Source: Paramecium tetraurelia (Eukaryota). From it: a stretch of DNA of 64,000 bases. A program made the translations under genes and the position numbers. The notes below the pieces were generated by a model that had not been told where the DNA came from, did not search any database, and saw only the letters and a program-made list of their open reading frames with translations. The number at the start of each line of letters is the position of its first letter. Within the stretch, counting starts at the first letter, position 1. Shown here one piece after another: positions 51,701 through 64,000 of the stretch. The DNA lies in NCBI GenBank assembly GCA_000165425.1, contig CT868430.1, forward strand, positions 124,001-188,000, read 5' to 3'.

Positions 51701-52948
51701 TTTTTATCTGAAATATGGTATCTATCCTATTCCTTTTGGAACAATATGCAATTCCAAATGAAGCGTATTAAATAAGTATATATTTTGGTTTGAAGTGATA
51801 ACTTCTATTATGGATTACTCTACAAAATAAGCAGCATGTATTTATTATTTAAAAATCAACGGCTTGAGTGTCATGTATCTTGCCTAATCATTACTTCTAA
51901 CTAATATGAACATATGACAATTCCAACAAAGTAAAATTATCAACCGTTTATCCTTCCATTTTTATTCTGACTCTTAATTTGGAGGAGGTAAAACACCAAA
52001 ACCATAAGAAAGATAACAATAAAAGGGCTTTTCTGGACCTGATATATGTGGATTTTCTATTTCTATTAATGATTTCAACTTCTTTTCTTCATCCTTATAA
52101 GTAAGTATAAGATAAAACTTGCTCAGAGAACATAATCCAATTATTCTACTTGATTTTTCATATAAGTCACCCATAAACTCTTTTGTTTCGCTTTTATACA
52201 ATACGATTATGTTCAGCATTGGAAACTATTATCTTGGTATAGTTAGTTGTATTTGGTAGTCGAATCCCAACATCCCTTTTCGAAAATTTACTATCCTTAT
52301 AATTCCCACATCATCTGAAGTTATGACATTATAAAAATTTTTAGATTAAAATATGAATTTCAAAACTATTATTTTAGATTTAGTAATGTTCTAACAAGTG
52401 TATAAATGCTTCTTTTTATTCATACTTACTAAGCTAATCCATCCACTTTCATAACCTACAGCTATTAATTCATTCAATGAGTCTAAAGCAGTTACAGCTC
52501 CAATTTTCTATTACTAAATAATAATATCCATCTATTATTAAGAGTAATATAGAATATTTCCTAAAGATCCACCTACAATCAGAAACTCCCCGTTATGATG
52601 CACAACTTTTGGCTTACCAAAATTCTTAACTACTTGCGGATTCGAAAAGATCAATAATTGCTAAAATGATAAAGTATTATCAATTTTATTTTTTAAGGAA
52701 TCTCGAAGAAAATCCAAAGGAGTCTTAAAATTTTTCTAAGCTAATAAATGTTAAGATTAGTTACTCTATTTCTCTTATTTTGCTTTATTGCGAAACTTTT
52801 CTTAAATTTCTAAACCTGCATCCAATAAATCAACAACTGATTTTGTCCTATTTGATTATTCAAAATCTTCGTCAAATACGGAATAATATTAAACAAGAAG
52901 CTAGAATTCCTTAGAATGGTCACAATTATCAAATGTAAAAATCTCCAT
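48709..52948 (-). CDS. VPS8: CORVET subunit VPS8-like (beta-propeller, alpha-solenoid, RING-H2)
   Basis: N-terminal GKPKVV...IVGGSLGNILYY...GAVTALDS...IAVGYESG. Vps8 core ELIQLCLLNKLTTSLSYVC...DFLTPLAKLW. C-terminal CYQC...ACGHTYHYNC...CPVC. ~1400 aa. Confidence 0.8.
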
Positions 52949-54139
52949 GATACGTATATTATATTAATTATAAAATCTATGTATTATTTAATATTTTATT
53001 TATTTTAGAATTTATTATCCTTAAAGATATTTTAACTCACTAGCCGTTTGAAAAACCCAGCAAACTCGTTCATAATTCTACCTGGTGTTCAAATGGCAAC
53101 ATTTTCTTTACTTTAGCTCAAATTCATCACTTATAGTGGCTCAATATAAAACTTTAGATTTTAAACCAGTAATTTCTAGTTCCACGTTCTGTGACTTTAA
53201 TTTTTGCTTTTAATCAATGGTTTAGCATTCTTGATTTTATATAATTGTTTAGTATCACTTTTTATCATGCTTTACTATAAAATTTAATTAATTTCTTATA
53301 TTCATGTTGAGTTTAGGCAGAATTATTCAATTTTTCTTACATCTAGAATTATATGTTCTATTACTCAAATATATTCAGCTTCTTAAGTATATTTAAACTT
53401 ACCATTTTAATGATTTTTAATTAGATGGTTATTTTACTTTATTAATTTATTAAAATAATTATAAGTTTATCATATTTAATATTATTCTATTTCTCAATGT
53501 TATGAACCATACAAATTAAAAATTTAATTCCTCTCAAAAAAAGAAGTATTTCAATATTTATTCAGTTATTTAAACAGCCAAATATCTTTATCATTCTATT
53601 CTAGTTGACTAATAAATATTTGTATTTTTTTTTTATTTTCATTCATGAATTTGATTTTAAGGATACTTTTATAATAGATTAAGCAATAATGAATTTTGAG
53701 TAGCAATATAATTTATTTGACTGTTTTCCAATATTAATTTTATGTAAATAATTATCATAATGATTACTTATTTTAAGAATATTTTGAGAGATCTTCATTA
53801 AATATTAATTTAATTTTATCTAAATAATCGAAATACTTTATAGAAGGGTATAACTTATAACTCAGTCTCTCTTTATTTAAGAGTGTTTGATTTCATCTAA
53901 AAAACTAGAATATTAGTCATCTACAAGGAATAAATAAAGGCATATGATTTTTTTATAAAGTCTCTTATTTTGCCATCACAGAAGATATAATGGAATAAAT
54001 TTGCAAAAAATGTACATTTATAAAATAGATTTGTTTAACATTCGTTTTTGATTAATATTAAAATGGGCGTAGAATTTATATTGAATTATTTTATAAATAA
54101 TAAAAGTTTATAATGAATTCTTAATTAAGGGTATGTTAA

Positions 54140-55783
54140 ATGATTTAACCTGAAGGTGGTTTTTAATGTAATTCACATTAATAAATTGTGAAGTATGTTC
54201 TGATTAAAGAAAATAAAAAGTTTCAACTTTAATGCGAATAATGTTTTTAGGAAATGGAAGGGGAAAAAAAAGCTTAAAACATTCGTGAAATAATAGATAA
54301 AACTAGTAAAATAAAATAATCAGAATATGAAGAATATTAAATGAAATTATTACCTGAATTAACAACACTTGATGATTATCAAAAATGTTTTTCTAAATTA
54401 TAAGATTCTATTAAAGAAGTTATTAGAAAATTATTTATGGATCTTAATAATTGGAAGGAGGATTTAGAAAGTAAGCTAGATGAAAAGTCTAAATTTAACT
54501 TTATTCAAGAATTATAGCATGAGCAACAACATAATAGTTAAATGATAGATGAATTTTTGAAGAAATTACGATCTTAGTATTCAGATAAATTAGAATAAAG
54601 CTTTATCGATTTAGAAATTCTAATAACAAAAAATCTTTAATTAAATAAATTACGCTCATCCCTAAATGGATAGAATGTTATCTAATAGTCACCTAGGAAA
54701 CAGTTTTTGGGGAAAAATATGAAAATTGAAATTAAAAAATCTCCTGATTTAAAAATTGTATTTAAAGGAGAAAACTCAGAAATCATAGATGTATTTTAGG
54801 AAATGTAATAAGTATAAGAAAGAAAAATATCTTATAAAAAATAAAATAAAACAGTTAGTTAACCCATACAGTGTGAAGCAATTTCATTTAATAAAGATGA
54901 CTCTATAATTGCTACTGCTTGTGATAGAGAAATAAAAATATGGAAATTTTAAGATGGAAACATAAGTGATCTTCTTTATAATCTAAATGAACATACTTAA
55001 ACAATTAATACTCTACTATTTAGTAAAAAGAAAAATTGGTTATTCTCTGCAGGAAAGGATTTTTCAATCATTTTATGGAAACCAAAAAAAATTTTATTCA
55101 ACATTGATATAACGAAAAAACAAATTTATCCTTAATGTCATAGAGATTAGATTATATTTCTTGAGTTAAATGAAAAGGAAGATTAATTATTTTCTTGCAG
55201 CAGTGATTGCAAAATTTTAATTTGGGCAGTAAACTATGAAAGGAATTTTATTTTACCTCTACAATAATTAGAAAAACATACTGCCCCAGTAACCTAAGTT
55301 AGATTAAATTAAAGAAATACTTTAATGGCGTCTATATCTTTAGATAGAAAAATAATTATTTGGGACAAAAATGATTAATAAGAATGGAACTTTAAATAAC
55401 AAATAGAAAACTCAGATGGATGCAATGTTAATTTTTTAAATGACTATACTATAGTTTCAAAATAACTTAAAGGATAAATTTAAATCTTTCAAGAAAAAGA
55501 TAGATAATTTTCTAAGATTTTAATAAAATAACTACCTGAGGATAAGGAAAAAGATGGAGATTACTAACCATCAATATTTTATTCATAGTAATAAATTCTA
55601 ATTTAAAAACATCTTAAAAATCTTTATTTTTTAACCATTGACAAATAAAATGATATAACAATTCAAGACTAGAATATTGAATTAGAAGATGAAAACAGTA
55701 ATGCAAACTTATCAAATAGTGGTAAACATTTAGTAGTATGGTGCAAAGAATAATTTAGAGTTTATGAACTTTTTTATGATTGA
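54140..55783 (+). CDS. WD40-repeat protein with N-terminal Cys/His knuckle and coiled coil
   Basis: MIQPEGGFQCNSHQQ...CEQC, then CEAISFNKDDSIIATACDREIKIW, HTQTINTLLFSKKKNWLFSAGKDFSIILW, HTAPVTQVRLN. TGA 55781-55783. Confidence 0.85.
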
Positions 55784-55930
55784 AATGTATTTATTATTTA
55801 ATTTATATCCATTTTAATCATCTAATTATATTAGAATAAGAATATTTCTTATTAATTTTATCTGGATTTTATATAAGAGATTATAATTCTTTTATTTACA
55901 TTGATAATTTAAGATTTATTAAATAATTAA

Positions 55931-56431
55931 ATGTATATCAACCTCACATAAAATAATAAGTCTTGGTGGACTCATACTTCACTTGTCCCAACAGAAACAT
56001 AAAATTAGGTCATTAATTTAGTGAATCGATAATCTAGTTTCTAGAATAAGGCAACACTACTTACCACTTATTTGAGTTTAGAGGCAGTCAATAGAATAGG
56101 TCCAGCAAAGAAGTTAGCCATTTATTTCAAAGCTGGAATTGTTGGTGCAGTGTTTTTAGGAACAAAGTAATTCAATCAAATTAAATGTATCAATAGATTT
56201 GCATCAGGAAGTTATTACGCAAAAAGCATCAAACCAGAAATAGGCAAATTGCTCGATGGAGCTCCTGTTTGGGAAAATAAGTTTGATGTGCCAGAATTAG
56301 ATAAAAAATTCTTTTTCATTGATGATGACAACAACTTTGAACCATCATTATGGCATCATGGCATGTATTTGTGATTCATTTTATTTAGCAATCAAATTGA
56401 CAAGCCCAAATAGTTTTACAAATTTGAATGA
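55931..56431 (+). CDS. Small membrane protein resembling a ciliate-specific mitochondrial respiratory-chain accessory subunit
   Basis: MYINLTQNNKSWWTHTSLVP, hydrophobic segments, APVWENKFDVPELDKKFFFIDDDNNFEPSLWHHG. Two tiny introns. The family assignment is from memory of a Tetrahymena subunit and unverified. Confidence 0.5.
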
Positions 56432-56474
56432 GCATTAAAACAGATATAAATATATATATATAAATTAATAAAAA

Positions 56475-57690
56475 ATGAATCCCATAGATTAACACAAATT
56501 GTAATTTGTGCTTAAGGATTGCATACTGAAATTATAATTCATTGGAGAAATCACTAGAGATAATGATATATCTTCTGAATTGGCAGGATATGAACAAAGT
56601 AAATTGCTGACTGATCAATAAACATTGGAAGTTAAATATGCAGAATTAGTAGCCAAACGAAGTACCTTGGTAGGAATCTCTAATAGAAAACAATTAACTG
56701 AAACTTAGAAGCATATTCAGGAGGTAGCTTAGAGACTCAAAGAAAGTACTAAGAAATTGTGTAGGTATAAGTTTCATTTCAAATAAAAGGTTATTTAAAG
56801 AAAATCCAAATATAGATTAGGATTCATTAAAGGTATATGAAGAGAGAGCAGGATTGATCTCAGATTTAGAAGTATTTATATCAAGTTAATAAAGAATCTC
56901 AAAACATTTATCTAAAATAATCAATTAAACAAATTTGCTCAAAATGTTACGAATAGTTTAGAAGAATAGGATTCGTTAAGAAAATTTGCAGTAAGAGAAA
57001 AAGAGTTAGCTGCTGAAATTAAAAAATTATAGAATGATAAAACTTAAGAAATAAAAGAACATGAACACGAGAAAACTGAAAAACAAAAGAATATTTAATC
57101 TTTGAAAGAAAAACTATTATATAAAACAAACAGAGCTGATTTAAAAAAAAAATATGACGAAAAAGTAGGTACATCCAAAGAGAATACCCAAATGAGAGTG
57201 TTTGAATTTGCTTTAAAGGATATTGAATAATAAATTTTAAATTTTACTACAAAAATAGAGACAGAAGAAAAGGTTCATAAATAATTAAAGGATTACTTAA
57301 TAAGAAAAGAAGTACATATATTATTATATAAATTTAGGAAGAATCAAAAAAGAAAACAGATGATCAAAATAAATATATGGATGAAAAGAAATAAGAACTA
57401 GAAGATAAAATAGAAAAATTGACTGAACAAAAAAATACCATGTTAGAAGAACTAGCTAAATTGAACATAAGATTTGAGAAGGAAGAATTAGAAAAATAGG
57501 AACGCGAAAGAAAAGTAAATTCAATCTAGTAGTTTAGGAAATCTAAGAATAAGAAGCCAAAAAATTAAGAGAATTACAGTAATTGCGAATGGAGAATGCC
57601 ATTAAATTAATTTAGAACGAACTAATGGAAAGAAAAGAACTATACGGTTTAGGTGCCAAAAAAAAGAAACCCAAGAAACCAAAGAAATGA
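56475..57690 (+). CDS. DRC9: Dynein regulatory complex subunit 9 (IQCG/DRC9)-like
   Basis: ELAGYEQSKLLTDQQTLEVKYAELV...LKESTKKLCRLFKENPN...KVYEER, long coiled coil and poly-Lys C-terminus. Confidence 0.75.
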
Positions 57691-57729
57691 CTAAACAAAT
57701 TTAAATAAAATTAAATCTTAAATTAATTC

Positions 57730-58273
57730 ATGGGACGTATGTAAGCTAAGGGAAAGGGAAAGGGTATTTCTGGTTCAGCCCTCCCATATAAAAGAAAAGC
57801 ACCAAAATGGTTGACTTTATCATCTAAATCAATCGTTGACTAAATTGTTAATTTAGCTAAGAAAGGTTTCGTTTAACATTATTGCAATTTTATAGGTTTG
57901 AATGGATCTCAAATCGGAGTTTATTTAAGAGATTAATAAGGTATCCCTTAAACCAGATTCTTAACAGGTTAAAAGATCTTGAGAATCTTAAAGAAAAGAG
58001 GTATAGCAATAATTAAAATTTTAGGTTGTGCTCCAAAAATCCCTGAAGATTTATATGCCTTAATTAAAAAGGCTGTTTAAATCAGAAAGCATTTGGAGAA
58101 GAATAGAGGTGATATTACCAGCAAATTCAGATTGATTTTGGTTGAAAGCAGAATCCATAGACTTAGCAGATATTACAGAAGAACCCAAAAATTGCCATCA
58201 AATTGGAAATAGTATATATATCTTACTATCTTTAAGTGTCTCAAAGACAGCATCTGCCTTAATTGGTTAATGA
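57730..58273 (+). CDS. RPS13: 40S ribosomal protein S13 (uS15)
   Basis: [77 protein letters not shown]. Three tiny introns. Confidence 0.97.
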
Positions 58274-58317
58274 GTTAGAATATAAATAAAATAATGCATA
58301 TATTTTAATATTTTATA

Positions 58318-59313
58318 TCACTTTTTTATTTTGTTCAATGCCTCACACACTTCCTTAATATTAATACGATCTTCTTCTCTTTTTTACAACATTTTCTAAT
58401 AATTAATAAATGTATTCTTTACTGTTATTAAGTCTTTCATCTCTTAACCAACTGGATTTGTATTTGGAAATTGAATTTTCTAATTATTAATAGCATTCAA
58501 CAACTATATAATAGAATTTGTATCTTTCCATGGAAGCACTCCAAATAACATTTAATACAGAATTACACCCAAAGACCAGACATCACATTTAATGCAATAG
58601 CTAAAACATATATTTCTATATAAATACTCTTCCCCTGCTAGAATCTGTGGAGCCATATAATATGGTGTTCCTACTGACGTTCCATGGGCAGCAACATCTT
58701 TTTTATCTTCTTCAATTACTTTTGCAAAACCAAAATCTGCTAATTTTGCTGTACCATTATGTATCAATATATTTTCAGGTTTTAGATCTCTGTGGAAAAC
58801 ACTTTTATCATATAAGTATGAACATCCTTCTGCAATTTAGAGAAAAATATCGGCTGCTTCTTATTCACTCAATTTTCCTTTATCTTTGATGAGCATATCT
58901 AAATCTCCACCATTGCAGTATTCCAAAAAGAAATAAATATTATTTGGAGTCTCAGAGAAATCAATAAACTTAACAATATTAGGATGATCCATCTACTTCC
59001 ACAAAGAAACCTAAAAAATAAATGGTAAAAGATGATACCTCTTTTTTTAGCGAGTTGATAATATATTCTTTTCTGCTATCTGGATTATTGCTTTTTTTGA
59101 GTTTTTCAATGATGTTTTGTTTTGCAATTAATTTACAAGCATAAACTATTTTCTCATTGTCTTTCAATGTAGCCAAATGACTTTTGTATATTTTTATATA
59201 TACGTTTCTGCAAAATTTCCTTTTCCCAATTTTGTTGTTTTGATGTAATATTTACCATCAACCATTTTGTAATTCGGAATTGTGGCTGCTATTTCTTCCA
59301 AATTTTATTTCAT
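58318..59313 (-). CDS. Ser/Thr protein kinase (ULK-like, catalytic domain only)
   Basis: [57 protein letters not shown]. Tiny introns. Confidence 0.93.
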
Positions 59314-60631
59314 TTATTATATTTAATATGTATTTAATCCCATTAATAAGGTCTTTAGTTATTCATAATCTGTTTATTTTACTTAATTCGTCATTATTAT
59401 AAGCTTTTTTCATTAAATTCTAATCATTCAACAATGAATATCTAAAGCATTTTTAATAACTTTAATCATTTTTTCTTTTAAATGTTAAAACAGTATATAA
59501 AAATAATTACAAAGCAGTTACTAATTAGAATTATTCAAAGTGTCTATTGGTCCAGTTTTTTGAATGAACTTTTGATATTATATAAAAAAGCAAAAATAAT
59601 TTTTAAATTAACTCGTTTCTGATTTTAGGTTTCTTCTCAAATATATAAGTTGATCTCTTTATAATTCTTGATTGTTTATTATGTTTGAAAGCTGTCTTAT
59701 TCTTGTAAGATATTAAAAATTCTAGAACTCATTAAAGAATTTCTAAATGTAATTGATACTTTAAGTTGAAATTAATTTAAACAATTGTTTAAGAATCTTA
59801 TTAGATTGAATGAACTAATAATAATCTCTTTTCTAATATAAATTTAATTAAAATCTAATTAAATAATAATTAAATATGATTTTCATGCAAAAATAGAAGA
59901 TAAACCAATTCATCTTATTTATAATATTTTTGCTAATCATTCATATTTCAATTTTTTGACATTTTTTTTACATCAAATTTAAAAAATTAATAAATAGTCG
60001 GCTATAAAATTTAAAGTAAAATCCATATGTTGAATTTAAAAACTCTAACTGTTAGATAATTTAAGAAAAATCCTGTTCATAAAAATGGAAAAATTAGACA
60101 TATGTATTTTCTATTTATAGTATTAAAAATTGCTCAGCCATTCAATACTAGATTAGAATTTTTCCCTTTGATTATAATACTTCTAAGAGAAAATTAATTC
60201 TTAAACCAAATGACATGCATTTATTTTACATAGTAGATGACTGTAATTATCCATAAGGAATTTCCACATCATTTCAATTTTGTAACCGAAATAGAGTTAA
60301 TTACAAAATGAGTCTGAAATGAATAAAGAAGCTCTCTATTCCTTTATTTAAGTAAAATTGAAAATCTAGTATTAGAGACATTAATAATTTAGAAACTTCT
60401 AAAGAAAGAATTTTTACAAAATTTCTTAAATCATATTAATTTCGCATTTTATTTTAAAAGAGAATTTATAAATATTAGTAAAATTGAATAAATTAAATGT
60501 TATGAAAGCATAATTCAATTATATTGAGTCTAGGTGGTTAAAAAATATGGGGAAAAAAATCAGTTAATGAAGAATCTTTAAAGGAATTTATAGAGACTGA
60601 ATTTATTTTATTTTTAATATAAATTCTCGAT

Positions 60632-61408
60632 ATGTCAAGGACTTAAAATGACGATGATAGACCTGCAATTCCTTTGCCCTAGGCTACTGATTAAAAGAGG
60701 CAAGAAAAACTAGCATATGATAGATAGATGGCTAAAATTACCTTGCTAAAATAAGCAGAGTAGAAAAATTTACATCTTGTAAAATGTAACTTGATGTAGG
60801 TAGGCTAAATTATATGAGATGGCAGCAGAGAATATAGAGAATGGAATTTAAGTGAAGAAAGAATTGTAAGAGCTAGCGGATGAGGCTAAATAAATAAAGG
60901 ATGAAACTATGAAAAAAAGAAAGCAGCAAATTGAATAAATAAAAAAAAGTGAGTAGGATTTTATACAAAAAAGGAAGTTAGCGTAGAAATTGGGGTAATT
61001 TATAGTAATAAGTGATTTTAGAGACTCAATGAAATAATCATAAGTAAAAGAGTACAAGAGTACAATGAAAATGTCATTAAGTAGAACGAGGGATTGCATA
61101 CTTCAGGAGAACCAAAAGATTAGGGAAGTATTGTATTAGGAAGAAAAGGAGAGGAAGAAAAAGAAGGAGGAGACCAAGAAATTGGAAGAGATGAAATCTT
61201 AATAATTTTATAAGGAGAGAGTTTCTTATGAGAAAATGATTGAGGAGAAACTAAAGAAGACAAGGGAGAAATTATTGAAGGATGAGGAGGATTTGAAAGT
61301 CCGTTTAAAGGTACGATTGGGTAGATTAATTAGTAAACTTAAGATATGCTGAGTAGATCTCAAAACAAGTTTATGGAACTTCAATCTTGGAGTGGACAGA
61401 AGAGATGA
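60632..61408 (+). CDS. Hypothetical coiled-coil protein
   Basis: ATG 60632 MSRTQNDDDRPAIPLPQ. E/K-rich heptads, two introns, TGA 61406-61408. Confidence 0.7.
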
Positions 61409-61444
61409 GAAGAAAATAATAATTATTATTAATAAATTATATAT

Positions 61445-63723
61445 ATGTCACTGAATTCGCGATATGTCTGCAATAGCCTATATAAGAGTCATCAAGAAAA
61501 TTTAAATTAGATTATAGAACAATATTGTGATTAAGCGAGTGCTAATTCTACGGAGTGCGATTAATCATTTTATGAGGGGTTCAAATTTCAGGTAGCCCAT
61601 TAATAAATATGTACATTTTTCCATTTATTTAGCTGACCTCATATCTTAGGTTGAGAGAAGTTCGAAGCTGGATGAAGGGAAGAGATAGTTATCAACTTAA
61701 ATATTGAGTTAGGCACAGTAGATTCTTAAGAATTACAGTTCTTAGGAATGTTAGATAAAGATTAAGATTACTCAGTCATTGTTCAATCTACAAAGAGATA
61801 CTATAAGGACTATTTAAGAAGTGCATGAGGCATTTGCTTTGCTAGAATCAATCAAGTGGCCTTGCAAAGGGCCTGCTAATAAGCAGTATGATAAACAGTT
61901 GCGTGCGTTGGAAAAGTTGTGCTATTTCTGGGAATAGGTGTTGATGTTGGAAAACAGGGCTACGAGTACAATTTCTACAAATGAATTTAAATAACGTTTA
62001 AACTAGTGGTTTGAGTAATTCACAAATGAGATCAGAACTAAGAATTTCGACAACTTAAAAAAATCGAAAAAAGGATATTTAGATACATAATTGAGGAATG
62101 CCCATGAAATGTACGTAGGTTTGGGAATCGAGAAAAATAGAGACAGCGCTTTGCAAATCTACAAAAGATTGTCAGAAGAGAGCCATCCAATCGCATAGGC
62201 AATAATGGGATAGGTTTTGATGGATGGAGAATTAGGAGAAAAAGATTATGATCAGGTAATGAATTATAACACCACTTGTGGTAGGCTTTTAACTACTTTA
62301 AATTGAGTGCAGACCAAGGTCATACATTTAGTGTCTATTGGGCATCCAGATTAATATTAGTAATAAATAACAAGTAATTTTTAGGAAGAGAAAGTATTTG
62401 ACAAATTTTTTGAGAAAGACGAACAATAGAGCAGGAAATCAAGTGTGACAACAATCAAAACTAAGGATTGTGATTTAGCTATCAAACTACTAAGGAAAGC
62501 TGCAGAATTGAATCACGTGCCATCAATGATATATTTAGGTGATTTGTACACCTCAGGTTTGTAGTTATAAAATTGTAACAATAATAATTTTAAATATTTA
62601 TGATAGACTCTTTGGAAAAAGACTACTAAGATGCTGAGTACTTTTATAAGCAAGCTCAAAAAAGGAATTCAGTGGAGGCTACATATAAATTATCTTTGTT
62701 GTACTAAGAAATGAGTAAATAAAGTTTAAATAAGGTAAGTAGTTAATTTATACATAAATAGAATAGAAGACAATTAATTTTTCCATTACTCAGTCAAGCC
62801 AAGAATCAAGACTATTTACCAGCATTTTACGATCTTGGAATGTTGTTGTTAAATGGTTTAGGGGAGGAATTGCAGGCCAACCCTATAATGGCTGACTTAA
62901 TCTTCGAATAAGGTGCATTTAATGGTGATTTTAAGTGTGCCAAAAAATTACTTAATCTTCGTTTTCAAAATTTACAGAGAGAAGAAGGTTAGTTAACTGA
63001 TTTTCTATCTCTGTTGGATTAGTTGGAAGATATTTTGAAGGATCAAACTGTTATTAATTATATGAGGGGGAAGATTTACTATAAGGGTATATCATGCGAG
63101 AAAAATTTGTAAAAAGCGGTCGAATAATTTAGGTATTTGAATGAAATGAAAATAGAATAGGATCATGGAGGGGATGTCTAAAATGCAAAGCTTAATTGGA
63201 GAAAATATTTAAAGATAAGGAGGATTTGCCAACTAGCTCACCATAGTCATCGATTCAGAAACTAAATATTTAAGGAGGGTTTATTGATTAAGTCAAATTG
63301 AGCGATTAGAGAAAAGCATATCAAATACAGAAAGGGAAGGTTTCATTAAATAATAAATCAATTCCTTTTGAATAAGAGAATCAATCAACTAGACAGGATA
63401 GACATACAATAATGACAATAAGCATAGTTAAACCCAATGAAGCCAATGATCCAGACAGAAAAAGAGGGGGATCTGAATATCATAGTTTCAAAAGGGCAGA
63501 AAGCGGCGTCATGCTTTCCTAATTAAAACTACAAATTCAATCGCCTTAATAATAATCATCCACCAGATTTGAACAATAACAGTAGTCTTAATATGGATCT
63601 CCTCGTCAACCCTCATTAATTAACATCTCTTCAAATTCTTCGAAGAAAGACCTCTTTAATTTTAGTAAATTTCCTAGTCATTCATCTATTAATTCTTCAA
63701 AATATCTATTTAACTAACCTTGA
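61445..63723 (+). CDS. Sel1-like repeat (SLR) protein
   Basis: MYVGLGIEKNRDSALQIY, AQAIMGQVLMDGELGEKDYDQAFNYFKLSADQGH, RKAAELNHVPSMIYLGDLY, AFYDLGMLLLNGLG. Many tiny introns. Confidence 0.85.
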
Positions 63724-63771
63724 ATTTAGCATATTAACTCAAACTTTTATTATATTTTATTTATTTATAAA

Positions 63772-64000
63772 ATGGAATCGCCTCAATAAAGAAAAGAAAA
63801 TGAAGAGCACCAAAATGAAGTTCAATAACCACAGACACATCTAATTCAACTAGACGTAGAAGAAACCTATGAACCCCCAATAAAAAGGCCAGCCCCAAAA
63901 ACATTCGGAGATTTAACAATCATATTTATTTTCGAGACCATAGGAACAGGATTATTCGCATATGGCATAGTGGCATCTAATGGATCTGATATCTTGATTG
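63772..64000 (+). CDS. Aquaporin/MIP family protein, 5' part (runs off window)
   Basis: After a hydrophilic N-terminus: IFIFETIGTGLFAYGIVASNG, resembling the MIP TM1 E-x-x-G-T motif. NPA motifs lie outside the window. Confidence 0.6.

Noticed and set aside
58640..58660. Kinase APE motif changed to APQ
   Set aside because: This variant is common in the expanded ciliate ULK-like kinases and the catalytic motifs are intact.

Overview
AT-rich, gene-dense ciliate macronuclear DNA, very probably Paramecium. TAA/TAG read as Gln, only TGA is a stop, introns are GT-AG and ~20-30 nt, and many intergenic spacers are 3-50 nt. The supplied standard-code ORF track is therefore mostly fragments or antisense shadows, so I re-translated by eye with the ciliate code (table 6). 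About 35 protein genes and one tRNA-Lys(CTT) are visible. They include a HECT E3 ligase, Unkempt-like CCCH protein, GBP-coiled-coil GTPase, pICln-like protein, RPL8, RPS15A, RPS13, beta-adaptin, sirtuin, COX7C-like subunit, trichocyst matrix protein, DrpB/Drp1-type dynamin, cNMP-binding protein, FYVE-TBC protein, GYF protein, VPS8, WD40 protein, DRC9, ULK-like kinase, Sel1-repeat protein and a partial aquaporin. A ~3.7 kb block occurs twice around a 150-N gap, near-identical in one half and diverged in the other. Scattered 1-2 nt indels look like consensus errors. The most interesting candidates are: a secreted H-type-lectin/beta-gamma-crystallin protein (possible trichocyst-tip lectin); a tail-anchored TPR protein with three CPF heme-regulatory-like motifs; a MORN + C48 (SENP/NEDP1-like) protease fusion; a GYF protein with repeated acidic WxxV motifs; and a tRNA-Lys with an initiator-like T-loop. 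All domain calls come from motif recognition, not database searches, and coordinates are hand-derived and may be off by a few bases.
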